From Amoebophrya sp. A120 (taxonomy: Eukaryota > Protista > Dinoflagellata), in contig CAJINV010000004.1 in assembly GCA_905178155.1 (NCBI GenBank), positions 3,753,320 to 3,817,319 on the forward strand: a stretch of 64,000 nucleotides of DNA, in the 5' to 3' direction. The notes beneath the pieces were generated by a model. That model was given only the letters and a program-made list of their open reading frames with translations. It was not told the origin of the DNA and searched no databases. Both the position numbers and the translations under genes were made by a program. Positions 37,101 to 50,868 of the stretch are shown piece by piece (positions within the stretch are counted from its first letter, which is position 1; each line of letters starts with the position of its first letter).

Positions 37101-40100
37101 GAAGAGAGTGCACCGCAGCTCCTCCTCGTCCCCTTGATTTGTGATGCTAAGCAAACGAATCCCAAATCCATTCGCTGCCTCGTGGCACTGTTTGCATGAC
37201 AAGACATTCCGGAAGCACAACCAGTACTACATAATTCGGTGCGTATATATCGTTCGGCGCGTATTGAGTTTCTGTTTGTCAGGCACGTTAACGACGTGTG
37301 CTGGCGATTCTATTGCTGTTCATACCACGGAAGAGATGAAATGGGACTCACTGCGGGTGCAGCTGTGCACTTGCATATCTTGCCCCGCGGAGGAAACCAC
37401 CCACAGGAGCCGCAGTCGGCGCGTCTGCCGGGGGCGCCTGTGGTGACGCAGCACTCATCGCGGAGTGGGCACCCGGTCGTGAAGCCTGGTGGCGCGTCAG
37501 CGCAGTACCGAACCTCTTCCCACAGTGCGACCGGCAATCCAAGCGGGTCCTCCTTTATGCAGAAGCAACAGTCGAGCGCAACGCTCGGGGGAGCTGCCCA
37601 CCGGGCCATCGGAACAAGCAGGGGGCCTTCGCAGCCGATTGTGGGCACGCGCCGCAGCCCGATTCAGCAGGCACGGATTCTGGGGGCACAGCCGGCGCGA
37701 GGGCCCAGCCCGATTGCCAGCATACAATTGAAGGGCCTGGGATTCGGGTTGAGGAGCAACAGTCCGGGGGTGGCCTGGTAAATACTATGTGAAGGAGGAT
37801 CAAATCATACAGAAACAGAAACTACCACTTTTGGTTTTCAATATGCCACTAAACATAACAGAGAAATTCTTCCGGAATGGTGACCACACACTGGGAGAAC
37901 GTTGTCAGACTTTAGTTCTAAAAATTATCAGGACCACCGGTAGCGGCGCGAAGCCTCACCTGCAGGCCTCGGAAAATAAAGCGCTGTACAGCTCGCGGCA
38001 GAATTTGCTGCAGCAAATCGACATCGAGGCGACGAGCGTGGAAATCCTTCGCGGCGGGGGCAGTAGTGGTAATAGTGCGGGACCTGCTGCTCCGGGAGAT
38101 CATGGTACCACTAAAACTGCAGCACCCGCAGCTAGTATCATGGCTGCGACCCCCGTGGGTGACCAGGCCGTCGGGCAGAACAAGTATCAGACGCCGGATG
38201 GCAAAGGCCTGATGAGCAACAGCATGGCCAGCACCCCGGCGGAGCAGAGCTGTCCGCCAAGTGCCATGGTGGTCGAGAAATTGGTATATATTAGTACTCT
38301 GAATGTATACCGACATAAGTGCTGTCCGCTTAGTGCAATCTGTATGTTGAAGCTTTGCCATAGTACTACTGCAACTGCACTGTCACTGACTCTGCAATTG
38401 AGGTTATGCCTGAGCAGCTCTGCAAAAGTGCGAGAACTTTGCTTTTTGTACATGCAGTTGCACCCGACCGAGTATATTAAATGGCACTAATATCGGTATC
38501 AAAACTAAAACAGCAAGGAATGGTCGAGGCTGTATCCGATTGTTCGCAAAAGTCCACGCCGGCGATGCAGCGTGGGGTCATTGCGCCGGTGAACGTTGCT
38601 GCGTCGGAGGTGGTCGTGAACGTGGAGCAGCCTACTTCTAGCAGCTCTGCCACCTCAGCTGGTGTCGTGCAACGGCCACAAGAAACGAGTCGAGAAGCTG
38701 CGGCCCAAAAGTCATCTTCCGGCTCCTGCAACTCCGAAAGCGAGCAAGAGGCTTCGAGCACGACAAAAGGCGGCCCGAACAGCACCGGGTTTCTGCAGCA
38801 GTTTCCGCCGGCGTTACCCCTGCCTCCGAGCGGTGGACCGCAGCCATCTGCGGACGGCTTGTCTTCGGCCTCGGGCTCGAAGCCGTCAACCTCGCGAAGC
38901 ACTGTCGCAGGAGTAGAGGGTGGAAATAACAGTGCTACAGGTGGCGTATCTGCTGGGACTACATCAATGTCGTCAGCAACTACCAGAATGGCCTCATCTT
39001 CCCGGCAGCAGCTCTTAAGCAGGCCCCAGCTGACAAAACGAAGTCTGAACAAGGCGCCGTCAGCGTCGAAGATAAAGGTAGACTTGTTTATGTAACTTGG
39101 TAGATTATTTCAGTTTGAGAGCAACCTTTGTCTTCTTCCTGTAGACGGGTCTGCTTTTCGTGTTGCGGCGCATGAGGACGTCGACCCGAGAATTTTGGAG
39201 CATTTCTGTGAGTTTTGTCTTTGCATGTCGAGTAGTTTCAGAACAGCAAACCTACAAGAGAGCCGGCACATGATGTTACAGGCACAAGTAGACGCAGTAG
39301 GCGGGTTCCGGCTCTCGCCAGAATCTATGCAGCGGGGCATCGTCGTGCAGCCACAAAGCCGTCTGGTGGACGCAAGAGGCGGGTACACAACTTATTACAC
39401 TTCTTAGTTCATTAAGTGTGCTGCTGTACGGAAAAATCACAGGTGCTGTATGTACTCTCTTGTTTGGCGTGATTTTGGTGGAAGATAAAACAACACTTTC
39501 ACTCCAGACCGCCCCTGCTGGACACCAGCAAGTCCTCGTCGGGCTTCAAAACTACTACCGGCATCAAGCCCCTGGCACAGCCCCAGATCGGTCTCGTTCC
39601 GCAATCTTCCCCCCAGCATAAACCCACGTCCACCCCTCCCCCGACTGGACACAAGTACAGCGTACGGGCGGGCGTGGTTGTTGCAGGGCACTGGGCAGCC
39701 AGCCGAATCCAGCGCTGGTGGCGACTGCTGGTGTTTCACTCGAGGTTCTACAGCCACGGGCGGAATGTATCAATACTACGGTGTACCTGTTTCGCGATGA
39801 CTGAACTTGGCCGCTTTTCAATTCATTTTGGCATGATGAAGTCATCTCGGGAGTTCTTTAGATGAGTGTTTTGCACGAGCTGCGTGGCGACTAGAACAAG
39901 AGCCGCATGACGAGATGAACATGAAAATAGAAGTACCAGTACCAAAAATGTTATAAATTTATTATCAGGTGCTCAAGTGGATCGGGTCGCTCGAATGGCT
40001 GATGAAGCAAAACATGCTGTACGGCACCGAGATTGCGGAACAAGAGGACTTTGACTACTGGGACCGGGCGTTTCACAGCTCGGCGCTGGATAGCGAAGTA

Positions 40101-40478
40101 GACCCGTGGGGGAATAAGCGATTACGGGAGCACCTGAACAAGATGTGGTACGGGTCGGAGCAGGGACCAGCGGTAACTGCAGGCCAGCAGCAGCAAGTGG
40201 TGCAGGTTGTGACTTCTCAGCAGCAAGATAGCATTGCTCAACAGCATGATTTGCAGCAGTACAACGACCACGCCTATCTTCCCAATGCCACCGGTCAGCA
40301 ACAAGCAGTCACGCAGCAAGAAGTCCTGCCAGCTGGTCAACAGTATTTTTATCCCAGCGGTGGACCCGTGGCAGGAGCCGTCCCCGTCGGGCAGCAAAGT
40401 GTGCTGCAACTCGAACAGCAGCAGTACGCACCACAGTACCAGCAGGTGGTGAATCAGGACCAAATTCCCTGCCAATAA
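34126..40478 (+). CDS. Large Ser/Thr/Ala/Gly-rich multi-exon protein with an IQ-like motif near the C-terminus (could be more than one gene)
   Basis: Chain of + strand ORFs (34126, 34695, 35769, 37239, 37789, 38481, 39969) linked by GT-AG introns and two introners; AASRIQRWWR at ~39695-39724. Confidence 0.55.
35151..35412. mobile_element. Family A introner (262 bp), DR acccc
   Basis: tatcaaatgtaaaaatgtctgggtctggaag ... cttccagacccagacatttttacatttgata, a perfect long TIR; frame restored (NNP|GVLT). Confidence 0.93.
37098..37377. mobile_element. Family D introner (280 bp), degenerate DR acttc/tcttg
   Basis: tatgaagagagtgcac ... gtgcacttgcata; shares atcccaaatcca and tggcactgtttgcatgacaa with 58331-58579; removal plus 5 nt gives QNF|PRGGNH. 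Confidence 0.78.
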
Positions 40479-41484
40479 AGACGGCAGTTTAATACTATAC
40501 ATATACAGTTAGTATATCATCTGCGATTGCAAAATTTAAATTTTGTTGTTTTCGCCTTGCCACTGCCAGTGCTGTCTTCTTTCGCTGGGTCTTTAGGAAG
40601 ATAGCATTGGGATAAAGATGATTATCGAGTCTTGAGAGAGATTTTGCTTTGGGATTATATTATCATCTCCTGTGGCTGCGGCGCCCCAGAGTAGTGCTTA
40701 CAAAGTTTAGGCACTGCCGCGTAAGTGCGGTCGGGGAGGACCGAGAGAGGCAAAACCAAAATGCAGTAGTACATATTAATTGAAATGAGGACGTCCCTCG
40801 GTGGGTGTGATGACGACCCCCGCCTATGCGGGCTGTTATTCTCGCCACTGTGATACTGACTCTTTAAAATCTCGAGCCGACGAGGACGAAAAAGCTACTC
40901 ACGAGAGTCGGAGCGTTGTTGTAGTCCTTCTCGATGTTCTTTCGGCGCGTTGTCGGTATTAAGTGGTACTATGTATTTGCATTGTCCAAAATCTCTGCTG
41001 CGAGGCTGAGTCTGTCAGCGCAAAGAGAACATCTTCACAATGATCTCGAAAGGCAAACTTGTGTGCAGTTCAAGTTCTGGCGGGGCGTGACCCAAGGTCG
41101 CACAAATTTAAAGAATTTAGATCCGTTCTGCTTCTGCACAACACATCAGAACAAGGAAGGTCAATTTGAAATATGATCCTGAAAGGAAGTTCTTAAGCAC
41201 TTGATCCTAAGCAGACGCCATATGGATGAAGTGCTACAACTATCTACACCTAAAGATATTGGGAATAAAGACTCCCTGCAGTATCATGATGATAGAATGA
41301 CCTAAACCTAATTCTCCACTGAGCCACCGCTCTGACGAGAAAACCTCAACTCCGTATTCGTACTGTCTGAAAAGAAGGAGACTTCAAGTAGTAAGGCGGA
41401 TGCTGTGGCTGTGCGCTGTGGCATGCTTGAGCTTGCCATGCGGTTTAGAAATAATTGTTCCTGCAGCTGCGTGTCTTTTCGAAA

Positions 41485-41905
41485 TGATGATAAACCTCAA
41501 CCATAGAATCACTCCACTCCGATGTTTGGTGACGATTCAACTGTACACATCATGCACTACCATCTGACACAGACACAAACGCTGTATTGCTCAAGGTACT
41601 TGGGATGAAATTTTGTCATGCTTCTATCGAACGTAAGCACAACTACATGGCCAACATCCTGATGAGAAACCTCAACCATAGAATCACTCCACTCCGATGT
41701 TTGGTGACGATTCCTTGTACACATCATGCACTACCATCTGAATCAAAGCTTGTATTGCGCAATGTCCTTGGGATAAAATTTTGTCATGCTTCTATCGAAC
41801 ATAAGGTAGGCATCTATATCCTGATGAGAAACCTCAACCATAGAATCACTCCACTCCGATGTTTGGTGACGATTCCTTGTACACATCATGCACTACCATC
41901 TGAAG
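41485..41905. repeat. Tandem repeat, ~2.5 units of ~160-175 bp, intergenic
   Basis: aaacctcaaccatagaatcactccactccgatgtttggtgacgatt...tgtacacatcatgcactaccatctga occurs three times (~41492, ~41668, ~41829). Confidence 0.9.
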
Positions 41906-42438
41906 CAAAAGTATGTAAGCGCCGAAAAAGGTTAATCAGACCATGCACAATATACATCCCTCGGAAAGATCAAAGCAGTATTTCGTGGGCACAGCAGGTG
42001 GTCAAACAATGAGGACACCATGCGCAAGCGCAACGCATAGGACAGGAGTCGAGATCCAGATCACTCCACCCACGCTTTCTAAAAATCCAAGAAAAAATTT
42101 AAAGATCAACTCGCGCGGGGAACGGAAATCTAAAGAGATCAATGTCTGTTGCATCATGCTTCTAAATCTAAATCTAACTTCACCTGAATCTAAAGATCCG
42201 ATCTGCTGGTGGGAAGATGTTGTTGACAGCAGAAAGAAGCTGAGCTCTATTGAACATGGCCGATCAAAATATAGCTTTGCTTTGCCTGATCTGCTCCGAA
42301 GCGGGGCTACACTAGTTCCTCAAATATAGCCGCTGCATAGAACAAGTAGTGCTTGTTCCGACGCCAACTGTTTCTATTCCAATTTACAATCTCACAGGGA
42401 CGAGAATCGTAGTCAGATTTTCACAAAACCGACTGAAA

Positions 42439-42824
42439 ATGGTCCACGTCTACAACGAAGCCACCAAGACCTTCTACCAGGTCCACCAGAAGAAGGTTGC
42501 CCAGCGACCGGCCAGGGAGGTGGGCAAGCGCCAGAAGAACACGGAATACATGAAGAAGCTCTTGGTATACTTGATATCGTCTTTTGGTTTTGTTTATTTC
42601 TTGCTTTGCTTTTGGCCGAAAATTATACGTACCAATGGAATTTGGATTTATTTTGGGCGCAAGCAGCCTTCTGCAGGGCTAATGTGTACTACGATGAAGG
42701 GCGATTGGAGGATTTTTTAAAATGCAAATCTTGAATTCCACCAAAAATTTTTCCCTAAATCCTAAAACAGGCTCTGGAGGCCGCGCACCCGGTGAAGTGC
42801 ATTTACACGGACAAGAAGGAGTAA
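42439..42824 (+). CDS. Small basic 59-aa protein; exons 42439-42564 and 42771-42824
   Basis: Phase-0 GT-AG intron 42565-42770; strong G/C third-position bias; MVHVYNEATKTFYQVHQKKVAQRPAREVGKRQKNTEYMKKLL|ALEAAHPVKCIYTDKKE*. Confidence 0.65.
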
Positions 42825-43987
42825 AAAGTCAGACGAGGACGACGCAAAATGGAGCATAGAACCACTCTGAAAACAACAACCCTCGCTGCCAGATGACTTT
42901 AATTTGTGGCGCCGAACAGCACTTGTGCAGCGCGGAAAAATGTTGAGAAGATTCTGACTACGATTTAAAAATCTGACAGCAATTATTTTTGCTGGGATGG
43001 TTTCCGCTGAAGTCCTTGCCGACGGCTTGGGAAAACGCTGCGGATCATGTTGCCTTCACAGAGAAGAGTGTTCCGGTCGTTTTGCGTAGCATTGTAGCAC
43101 TAGGCTTTCCATCGTTGTTGCTACGATCTGAGATGGTGTCGAACGTAGTAGACCACCTCTCTTGCGAAACACACCATCGGTGCCGAGACCACCTCTCTTG
43201 CAAAGCACATCCATGCACGCTTTAGAAGAGCGACCGTGGCGAAGATGGATCAAAAGCAACAGTTCGGTTCGTGCGAACAGCAACACAGAGGATTGAAAAT
43301 CGCGATTTAGATTGACAGAAAAGGAATAATAATCAGTCGGTTCTGCTTCGTACTTCAGCTTGCTTCCTAGCAGCTGACCTCAATGAACAAATGCAACTTC
43401 GGTTGATGAAACAGAAGGGCTACGACTCTCTGGTGTAACAGAAATACTCGGTCCTTCGAGCACGTGCTGCACCTTCCTCGTGCGCAATCACAACAAGTTT
43501 AGGCGAACTCGTGCACAGCAATTTCGTTCTCATCAACATTCGTTCGTCCCCTTCTGTCGTGGCGCAGTGACGCCCTCGCGAGAACAGTTTTAGACGCGAT
43601 AGAAGGTAGACAAGTACTGATTGAGATTCTTCGATTCATCTTTAACTTTATCGTATGGAAGAAAAAGTTAGCTCTGGTGCACAATAACAATCGGATATAC
43701 AGGGCCTGTAAGATAATCCATACGCGACCCTGCAGGCGCGGCCTGCACCCCAAGCACTTTTTAAGCTATTGAATACACGTTTTCTAGCTCTTTCATCTTC
43801 ACTTTCCACTATAAGCACTTTTATTCTTGGACGGCACGCCGCGGGCGTCGTCCGTTGTGATTTTCGTGTCAACATCATCCCGTGCTGTGTTGTATATCAA
43901 CATACGTCTTTAAAATCCAAAAGTAGTACGTACTCTCGCACGATTTCTGTATTGCTTACTTAGTTGATAACCACAACCTCACACAAC

Positions 43988-46952
43988 ATGGCGTACCAGC
44001 CCTACATTGGCATGGGTGGCTCCGACTACTACGGAGGCGACCCAAACTACGCCGCGTGGGCGGGGTCCGACGCGGCCAAGGAGCAGTTTGGGGAGACGGT
44101 TGCCACCTCCGGGGCCGGGTCCTCGGACCACACCATTACCGTCAAGGTCCAGGGCGGCGGGTTCCTGGCCCAGACCAAGGGCGGCCTGGACACCGGGGTT
44201 GGGGGGCGCTACGTCGACTACAACTCGGACGGCTACATTTTCAATGAGGCGGGGGTCGATGCCATGGGCAACGTCGTCGCGCAGAAGCAGCACGGCGGCG
44301 GCGGGGGTTACTACGACCAGAACGGGCAGTGGGTCCAGACCGGCGATGGCGGGAGCGGGAGCGGCGGCTACGTAGACGAAAATGGGCAGTGGGTCTACAC
44401 GCCGGGGGGCAACGAGGAGGACCAGGCCGCCTACAACTTTAGTCGCAAGAAGATTGACGTGAGTGTGCAGGGCTACAGCCACGACGACCTCGTGGACGAC
44501 GGCCGGAACCACATGGTGGGCGGGGGCGGGAGATTCGGGGGAGCAGGAGGTGGAGGTGGGCATCACCACCACGGAGGCAGCGGTGGGGGCTCGGGATCAT
44601 ATGGTAGTTCCGGGGGAGCAGGGTATAGTAACTCCGGCGGTGGAGGCGGTTCGTACGGTGCTAACGGTTCGTACGGAGGTGGTGGCGGAGGGTATAACTC
44701 GGACGCCGAGTCAGCGAGCTCCTCCTCTTCCGAAGACTTGGGGCAAAGAGGCGGAAAACTGATCCAATACGCGATGGAAGTGCCGACGCCGATAGGGAAA
44801 GCGAAAGTTTTGGTTTTTGAAGACTGGACCGTGGACTTCGACGATGACGAGTGCTGGTGAGGTTTATTTTGCAGTGACTAAATGATGCGACGCGCTTTCG
44901 ATTATTGTTCTTCTACCTAGTCGTGCACATGCTCGTGGGGGACTTCTCACTCTCGACGTCACTGATAGTTGTATAGCAAAAATTTTAGAAATACTGCGAA
45001 CCACAATAGAGAAAACCAAATCGTAATAACCTCGTTTATTTTCTACACAGGAACCTCGGCGACACGACGCGCACGTGCGTGAAGCCGACCGGCACGTGGA
45101 AGGGGGAGTCTCCGCAGGACTTTACCTGCACGCACGGCCAGGCGTGGAACCTGGTGTGGGGGTCCGACCCGAAGACCGGCAAGCAGGTGCCCGTGTTGAC
45201 CATCGGCGGATTGGAATTTCGCGACGGCTACATCCCGGGCAGTCAAAACGCGTCTAATTGGGAAAACGGGAAGAGCAGCTCGGGCGGCGGGGGGATCGGC
45301 GGCTGGTTCCATAATCTGATGTCCGGCGACAGTATCATGGGCGGGTCGAGTTCGACGACAAGCAAGGGGAAGGGAAAAAGGAGTGGCAGTAGTTCCGCTT
45401 TCGCAGCCGAGGGCGACTGGGGCGAAGTAGACGGCACCGCCGGCCGCGGGCGGGGCAGGACCGGGATCTCCGGGCACTGCATCTACGGCATCTGCCCCCC
45501 GCAGAACATCAAGACGGTGCGAAAGATCGGGATGCAGGCTCACGCCCACGCACTCGACATGGATAAGCACCAACAGCAACAGGCCGCGAAAATGGCGGAG
45601 CACCAGAAACAGATGCAGAAGGTGGCCAACCGACAGGAAGAGCAGCGGGCCGCGAACGCCATGCGGCTGCAGGCCGACAAGTGGAAGCTGCAGCAGCACA
45701 AGGCGGAGTTGCAGGCAGAAACCGCGATGAAGCAAAACATGATGCGGGCGGAGTTGAACGCCGTGCGTATGGACAAGCAGAACGAGCTCGCGCAGATGCA
45801 GGGCCGCGCGGATATGAAGATGATAGAGATGGCGCAGGCCAACCACGAGACGAAGATGAAGGCGAAGCTGGACATGGAGGCCGCGCAGATGTCCGCGGAC
45901 TTGCTCGCGGCGCAGCAGGACACCATCAACCTGCAAAACGAGATGGAGACGAAGCTGACCCTGGAGCAAAAGCGCGCCGAGGCGATGTCGATGAAGGCCC
46001 GGCAGCGCATGAAGGACGGCCGCAGCCGCGGGGGCGTGAGAGACGGCCCCGGCGGATCCGGCGTGGGTGCGCGCGGCGGCGGTCGGGGGGTCCGCGGAGC
46101 GAGCGGCGGCCGCGGGGTCGGTGGCATTGGTGGCCGCGGCGTCGGGGCCTACGCGACCGGGGGCGGCGGCGTTCGGACGCCCTTCGACTGCGCGAAATAC
46201 GTGCCGGCGAAAGAAAGGTAAGAATTTGATAAAAACAGAAGTTGGTGGCTTCGATTTTTGCTCTCTTTCGTTCGTGCATCTGTTGTTGTAAGAACAGCCC
46301 CTGGATTTACATGTAGTGATGATGAAGGATGAAGATGATGGTCAATGTTTTGTTTTCTACCCTCAAGAAATAGTGCGCGATTTGTAGTTTGAGTATCGTT
46401 AGCACTCTGACATGCATTCACGTAACTGCTGATTTAACATCGTTCACCTCGATGTCGATGTGGAGCAACCAGAGTTTGTTGTCGAAGTGATAAATTGTGA
46501 AATCTATCAAAACTGCAAAAATGATGATGAACAGGGACCAGATGCGCATTTGGCACTTTGGTTTGGTGGATGTCAACATGGGCACTTACATGAGCAATAA
46601 GTGGCAGCGAAAGTACGTGGTGGTCCGCGACATGCTGTTTGAGATTTACGACTCCCCTACGGCCCAAGTCCCCATCGCCACCTACCCGTTTACCCCCGAT
46701 AGCAAGTTCTCCAGCTTCAAGTCGGACACCTGCAGCACGGAGGGAAGGATGCTGTCCCGCACCCGGAGTTACGGCTTCGAGTTTGACACGCGGCACTTCC
46801 TGGGCATGGTACATGTCGATTGCCACGACATGAAAAATCTCACCGAGTGGATGCACAAAATGGAAGACTGCCGGGCGCACCAGCGGCAGGCGGCACAATC
46901 ACTCGCGGAAACGGTGAACGCAATCAACGAAATTTACAACGAAGCCGGCTGA
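43988..46952 (+). CDS. Gly-rich / coiled-coil / C-terminal PH-domain protein; exons 43988-44857, 45051-46217, 46536-46952
   Basis: Phase-compatible GT-AG introns; PH-like motifs KWQRKYVVVRDMLFEIY, YGFEF and LTEWMHKME; M/Q/A/E-rich coiled coil. Confidence 0.78.
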
Positions 46953-47649
46953 TAAAGAGCACCAACTACTTACTGTTTTTGCGAAAAGAAGTTTTATCGG
47001 TTTAGTTTCATTTAATTCCCATTCCTCGTGCGACCTGATGCTGAAGTTGATAGAGAAGTAGATTAAGGCGATAGTAGTTCGATGTCCAGCAGACAAAGAC
47101 CTTGCGCAAGCGAGTTGTCGACGACTAGCGTCATCAGCAAAGGCAACAGAAGAAGGCCTGGAAGTGGGCTTTCAAACGTCCAATCTATCTTTCTAGTTAT
47201 CGGAACTGCAAACAAGTTTATTCCAAATCAATGGTCTGCCGCGGTACAATTTTTTTCCCCGCGGTCTTTCCTATCTAGCAACGAACAAGAAAGGCGGCTG
47301 CACCCGAGGCGGAGTCGTCGAAAGATGACTGTTGTTCTTGGCTTGGGAGTGAAGAGGGCACGAAAGAAAGCCAGGAGTTTCAATATCTACAGCTTACTGA
47401 GATCAAAGATTGAGAAACTGTACTAGAGCGGAGCGAGGAGCGACACTTAGCTTAGCGGTAACATAGCTTGTGCGCTTGTGGTGCACCAATAAAAGAAGGT
47501 CCTTTTTTATCATCTGTTACAACATGCTGCCAGCCTTATTAAATCGTGCTCGTGGTATTCCTGATTTCGGAGAAAGAACGTGAGTTGTATAATCGTATAA
47601 TCGATGTAAATGAACACCACGATCAGTCCACGATCGTTGTGAAAGAAGG

Positions 47650-48821
47650 ATGCTGAACGATGCCCCGAGGACTGGTCGGAGCGAAAGCAGCAGCAGTTTC
47701 TCTTCGTTCTCTTCGAAAAATAACGAGGTCAACTTGCGAAATCACGCACCGCCGGATGAAGTGGGGGAACAAGAGACGAGAAGAAAAAATGTCGTGCAAG
47801 ACGGTAGTAACTACAACTCTTCCTCGTCTGTCGAGTCATCGTCGTCGTCATCGTTTTCTAGACGGGAAAAGAACTCGACGCCGCCGTCTAGCGGGCCTCG
47901 TGGAAGAAGTCAGACTAGCACTAGAGGAGCGTCGCCTGCCGATATTAATGCGACTGCAACAAAATCCCTAAAAGACGACCTGGTCCGCACGAAGACGGGG
48001 AATCTGGTGAGCAAAAACGCGGTGCTGTATGGGGCCCAAAACATCGAGCTAAAGGGCACCGGGTGCTACATCGGAAGCAACGTGACGCTGCGCGGGGATC
48101 TGGCGATGCTGCGGCTGGGCGAGTATTGCTTAATACACGGGGCGGCTCCTCGTGGTGGATCCACGACAAGAAATTCTATTGAGCAGGAAGATATTTCGGC
48201 GACCAGGAAAACGAAAACCACCGCGTCGACGACGACGACGATAATTCGGCCCAGCAGGAAGTTTTTCCAGCACGTTTACGTCGCTTTGAAGATCGGGGAC
48301 TTTGTGCGGATCGGGCCGAACAGCGTCGTGCAAGCGGCGTCCATCGGGAGCTACGTCAGCGTGGGGCGGAACGTGGTGATTGGTAACAGGTTATTCTCCG
48401 GAAAGTATCACCGATACTCGTTCTTTACGAGGAGAAATTCCAGTCTGGCAATGTTGGCATGGCAAATCATCTGCTTCTTGCACCTGAATGTTCATCTGCA
48501 TGACAAATGTCAGCTGAGTTAGCCCTTGTCGATCAAACATGCATCATCACGATACTTTTCCAACCTGCATACAGAGCGGTTATCCACTCGTACTGCGTGA
48601 TAGAGGACGACACGGTCATTCCCGATAACGAGGTAATCCCGCCGTTCTCCATCGTGTCTGGCGCGCCCATGAAGCTCCGGGCCGAGCTCCGGGAGACGTT
48701 CGCAAGCGAGCTGGCGACGACGTTGAAAGAAGAGTATCAGGGGTTTTTGACGGGTATGACGACGAAGACAGCGGCGGGGGAGGAAGATGTGGATGAACTG
48801 GGCGCACGGCCGGATGGCTAG
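47650..48821 (+). CDS. DCTN5: Dynactin subunit 5 (p25); exons 47650-48389 and 48575-48821
   Basis: TKTGNLVSKNAVLYGAQNIELKG, LRGDLAMLRLGEYCLI, IGDFVRIGPNSVVQAASIGSYVSVG and TVIPDNEVIPPFSIVSGAP match the p25 left-handed beta-helix. Confidence 0.9.
48392..48571. mobile_element. Degenerate B-like introner coinciding with GT-AG intron 48390-48574
   Basis: tattctccggaaagtatc ... gatacttttccaacctgcata, flanked by caggt and cagag. Confidence 0.55.
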
Positions 48822-49399
48822 AACGAGCTGGCAGGTAGTTTATTCTTCCGCTAAACGACAACGACTGCCACTGCAACAACGCGATGCAGTCGTGTGCATT
48901 GTTTCGTGTCGTCTGGAGGAGTTGGTTGTGGTTGCTTTTTAGCCTCACACGACCAGACCAGGCGAATGGGAATCACCAATTCGCAAAAACACCAGCGCGA
49001 ATCATGATCGTCGTGTGACAACTGCATGGGAGGAGGACGCCTTGCAAGTTTGTTTTGACTGTTCGGCGTGCAGTTCGGTAAAAAAAAGCTCCTAGCTGGA
49101 ACTGGAACGCGGATATGCCACTCACGCACGCACGAAGGGATAAAAAGGAAAGTTCTACTACGTGATCACGAATCTTCGGCTTGAGGCTGTCTTCGATCTT
49201 GCCACCTGTCTTCCTCCTTGAAAGCCGCAAGACTACAATTCACAAGAGGTGAAGATCTGCGTACTTCGGCACGGCTCGTCAGCACAAAAAGAGATCATTT
49301 TCATCTGGACCAAAGAGAAAAGCTTTTCTTGCATCAAGACTTGAATCTGAATCGTCCTCGTCGTGAATCTGAATTTATTTCCTTCTACCGAAACTAAAA

Positions 49400-50868
49400 A
49401 TGGTCTACGCGGTTCTCATCCACGGTGTGGAAGGTCGTCTGTTTTTCAGCCTGTTTTACTCTGCCGAGGGGAATGACAGCCGCAAGAAGACGAGGCAGCA
49501 GACCATCATGCGGCGGATTTTAGCGGAGCACTTGTTTCAAAAACACACGGACAGCAACTTCGTCTCATCTTCGACTAGCAGTTCCTTCGGCGGAATGTTA
49601 AATGGCGGAGGAAGTGGCTCGTCGTCCAGCGGAACTTCCAGCTCTTCCTCCACCGCAGCTTCCAGCGCGTACAGCCCGGTTTTCGAGTTGCTCTGCGGCG
49701 GGCCGGATGGACTGGCGGTGAAGGAGGGAAACAAAAGCAGCAGCACGTTGCTGAACAAAACGACAAATTTGTTTGGGGAATGGATTATGGATTGCAAAAA
49801 TGTCTGGGTCTGGAAGATTGCCAGATGCAGATTTTCCATAACCCATGAGGTCTGGTATGTAGGACATAGCATGACAGATTCTGCGGGACCTTTCTAATGC
49901 CTCTCCTGCATGAGAAACTGCCTCTCGATTAGGTCAAAAGTGCACAACTTTTGGCAATCATGCAACACAGTTTTTTGCCTGATTCAGATTTAGCATGACA
50001 AGTTGCAATCATCCAGACCCAAACATTTTTGCATTTGATATGGATCGGAAACAAGAAGGATAATGCAATGTTGCACCACGGAGGTCCTCTTTCACTAGAC
50101 CCGGCTGCATTCAGTGCTATGCACGGAGTAGTAGATAAAAACGCAGTGGATCCAGCAAGAATTACACATGGAAACACTGCGGACCCGCATCTGCTGGGCC
50201 ACGTGCCGGGCTATCTGCAGAACAAGAGCACCAACTACTACGCTTCGAGCCTGTTCGGTGGCGGCAGTTCTTCGGCCTCCAAAACCTTCGGGAACAATGT
50301 GCAGAGTGGGTACAACAATTACACGGCCTCGCGCAACAAGAAGAACGCTGCCAACGCGAACAACGTCACAGAGGGCGTGGTGCGGATGGGAGGCAGCGTT
50401 TCCGGGATTTTTGAGCAGAGCAAGATGCTGTTCTGGAAGCAGGTGAACGGTATCTTCTTCACGATTTTGTGTGAACCACTGGAAAACACGCTACTCGCGA
50501 CGAACTTCCTGGAACTGCTGATCACAGAATTGCACCGCCACTTCGAAATAGAGCTGAAGCTGGGCGGGAGCGGGAATTATGACAAGAAAAATAAGAATTA
50601 CACCGACAGAAATAATGCCATGACTGCCGCAGGAGATCACCATCCGCTGCTGGAGGACCATCTTCATGGGGGAGGGAATGACCACGGCCGGGTGGCCAGT
50701 AATGGCGGAAACAATTACGGGAGCACACTCGCGGATCGGATTCTAGACAAACCAGACGAAGTTCTGATGATTCTGCACTACATGCTCCCCGGAGGACAGC
50801 TGCAATTCATAACCTACAATCTGTACGCGTTTTTAAGGACAAACATAGCGGACTCACTGAGCAACTGA
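49400..50868 (+). CDS. AP5S1: AP-5 complex subunit sigma; exons 49400-49785 and 50046-50868
   Basis: MVYAVLIH, ENTLLATNFL and ILHYMLPGGQLQFI match AP5S1 motifs; long low-complexity inserts. Confidence 0.85.
49786..50040. mobile_element. Family A introner (255 bp), DR tggat
   Basis: A-type TIRs; frame restored (GEW|IGNKK) in AP5S1. Confidence 0.92.

Noticed and set aside
32056-46127. Long minus-strand ORFs (e.g. 32056-32961, 45043-45969)
   Set aside because: They are antisense shadows of codon-biased + strand exons.
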